Below are positions 62,995 to 64,000 of a DNA stretch of 64,000 nucleotides, piece by piece. The notes under the pieces are model-generated. The model saw only the letters and a list, made by a program, of their open reading frames with translations, was not told the origin of the DNA and made no database searches. Each line of letters begins with the position of its first letter. Within the stretch, counting starts at the first letter, position 1. The position numbers and the translations under genes are program-made. Location: assembly GCA_965218095.1 (NCBI GenBank), contig OZ244587.1, positions 2,304,001-2,368,000 of the forward strand, read 5' to 3'. This DNA comes from Candidatus Poribacteria bacterium. GTDB taxonomy: Bacteria; Poribacteria; WGA-4E; PCPOR2b.

Positions 62995-63119
62995 CCAATC
63001 CTCTCAAAATCCGGGGATAACTCGCTAAATTTCTCTCTCAACTCGTTGATTCTGTCAGCGCCAACCATTTTTGAAAACTGTTCAACACCTTTTTGGTATT
63101 GTTCTTCGAGCATTCTCAT
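62995..63119 (-). pseudogene. N-terminal fragment of a possible carboxymuconolactone decarboxylase family gene
   Basis: YQKG..F..MVG..F..LSPDFER then similarity is lost. Confidence 0.4.
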
Positions 63120-63181
63120 TTTTCCTCACGAATACGGGTTTTTCACCTTGGCAAGTGGAATGTGCTGTGCTCAGCCGAGAA

Positions 63182-63601
63182 TCAGACATCTTCTACTCCT
63201 TGTTCCTTCTTCTCAATGAAATTTAGCGCAGCCGAATTCATGCAGTAGCGAAGTCCTGTCGGAGGCGGACCATCGTTAAAGACGTGGCCAAGATGTGCAT
63301 CACATCTGTCGCACATAGCCTCCGTCCTGACCATGCCATAACTCGTATCGGTCTCCGTTTCAACGCTTTCCTCTGAAATCGGTGCCCAAAAGCTTGGCCA
63401 ACCGGTGCCAGAATCAAACTTGGTTTCTGAACTGAACAGGTCAGCCCCACAACAGACGCATCGGTATATCCCCTCTCCCTTAAAGTTGTTGTACCTACCT
63501 GTGAAGGCGCGTTCCGTGCCTTTCTGCCGAGTTACACGATATTGCTCCGGGTTAAGTTGCTGCTGCCATTCTTCATCTGTTTTTTTGACTTTTTCAGACA
63601 T
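63182..63601 (-). CDS. msrB: Peptide-methionine (R)-S-oxide reductase
   Basis: [36 protein letters not shown]. Confidence 0.97.
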   Translation of the reverse strand: MSEKVKKTDEEWQQQLNPEQYRVTRQKGTERAFTGRYNNFKGEGIYRCVCCGADLFSSETKFDSGTGWPSFWAPISEESVETETDTSYGMVRTEAMCDRCDAHLGHVFNDGPPPTGLRYCMNSAALNFIEKKEQGVEDV

Positions 63602-63660
63602 ATTTACTCCTTTCTGCGGATACGTTGGTCGAAGCGAAAAGGAATGCTGCCCTCCTAAAG

Positions 63661-64000
63661 CTAATCAAGATGCAAGATAATATCGTCCCCTTCGATAGTG
63701 ACAGGATAGGTTTTGACGTGAAGGCGCGGATCATAGAGCGCTGTGCCCGTTTTGAGGTCGAATTCCCAATTGTGCCAGGAACATTTGATAATCTCGCCTT
63801 CACGTTCAAAATCGACATGATAGGTTTTATCAGAAATGACATGCGGACGAAGTCGCCCCTGGCAGAGGGGCCCGCCTTTGTGCGGGCACATGTTCCTTAG
63901 CGCATAAAACGTTCCGTCAACGTTAAACACACCGATTCCCCCCTTTCCCCCAACCGGTACGATTTTCCGCTCGCCGGGCGGCAACTCTTCCACTTTTCCA
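63661..64000 (-). CDS. Rieske [2Fe-2S] ferredoxin (start probably beyond the window edge)
   Basis: CPH..GPL and C.WH.WEFD. Confidence 0.9.
   Translation of the reverse strand, partial: GKVEELPPGERKIVPVGGKGGIGVFNVDGTFYALRNMCPHKGGPLCQGRLRPHVISDKTYHVDFEREGEIIKCSWHNWEFDLKTGTALYDPRLHVKTYPVTIEGDDIILHLD

Overview
Bacterial chromosomal segment of roughly 50% GC (by eye). A C-terminal 'LFTTWGEIKR' motif and the many Gfo/Idh/MocA, enolase-superfamily, phytanoyl-CoA dioxygenase and TIM-barrel isomerase genes suggest Candidatus Poribacteria or a related lineage (inference only). Most genes are orphan catabolic or housekeeping genes. About 20 genes are disrupted by premature stops, 1-bp indels, short tandem duplications, a palindrome-templated frameshift or IS insertion. 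Mobile and repeated DNA: four full IS5-family (IS427-like) elements plus one end at the left edge, a decayed IS701 and a MITE with its ends, a second MITE family, several REP-like palindromes and degenerate 7-8-mer repeats. The best candidate for an undescribed system is 9.5-13.3 kb: a TlpA lipoprotein, a DUF3179 lipoprotein, a secreted YceI-like protein flanked on both sides by (Asn-Pro-Cys)n arrays (15 Cys), and a Crp/Fnr regulator. No rRNA, tRNA, CRISPR array or reverse transcriptase was recognised. All family calls come from motif recognition, not database searches.
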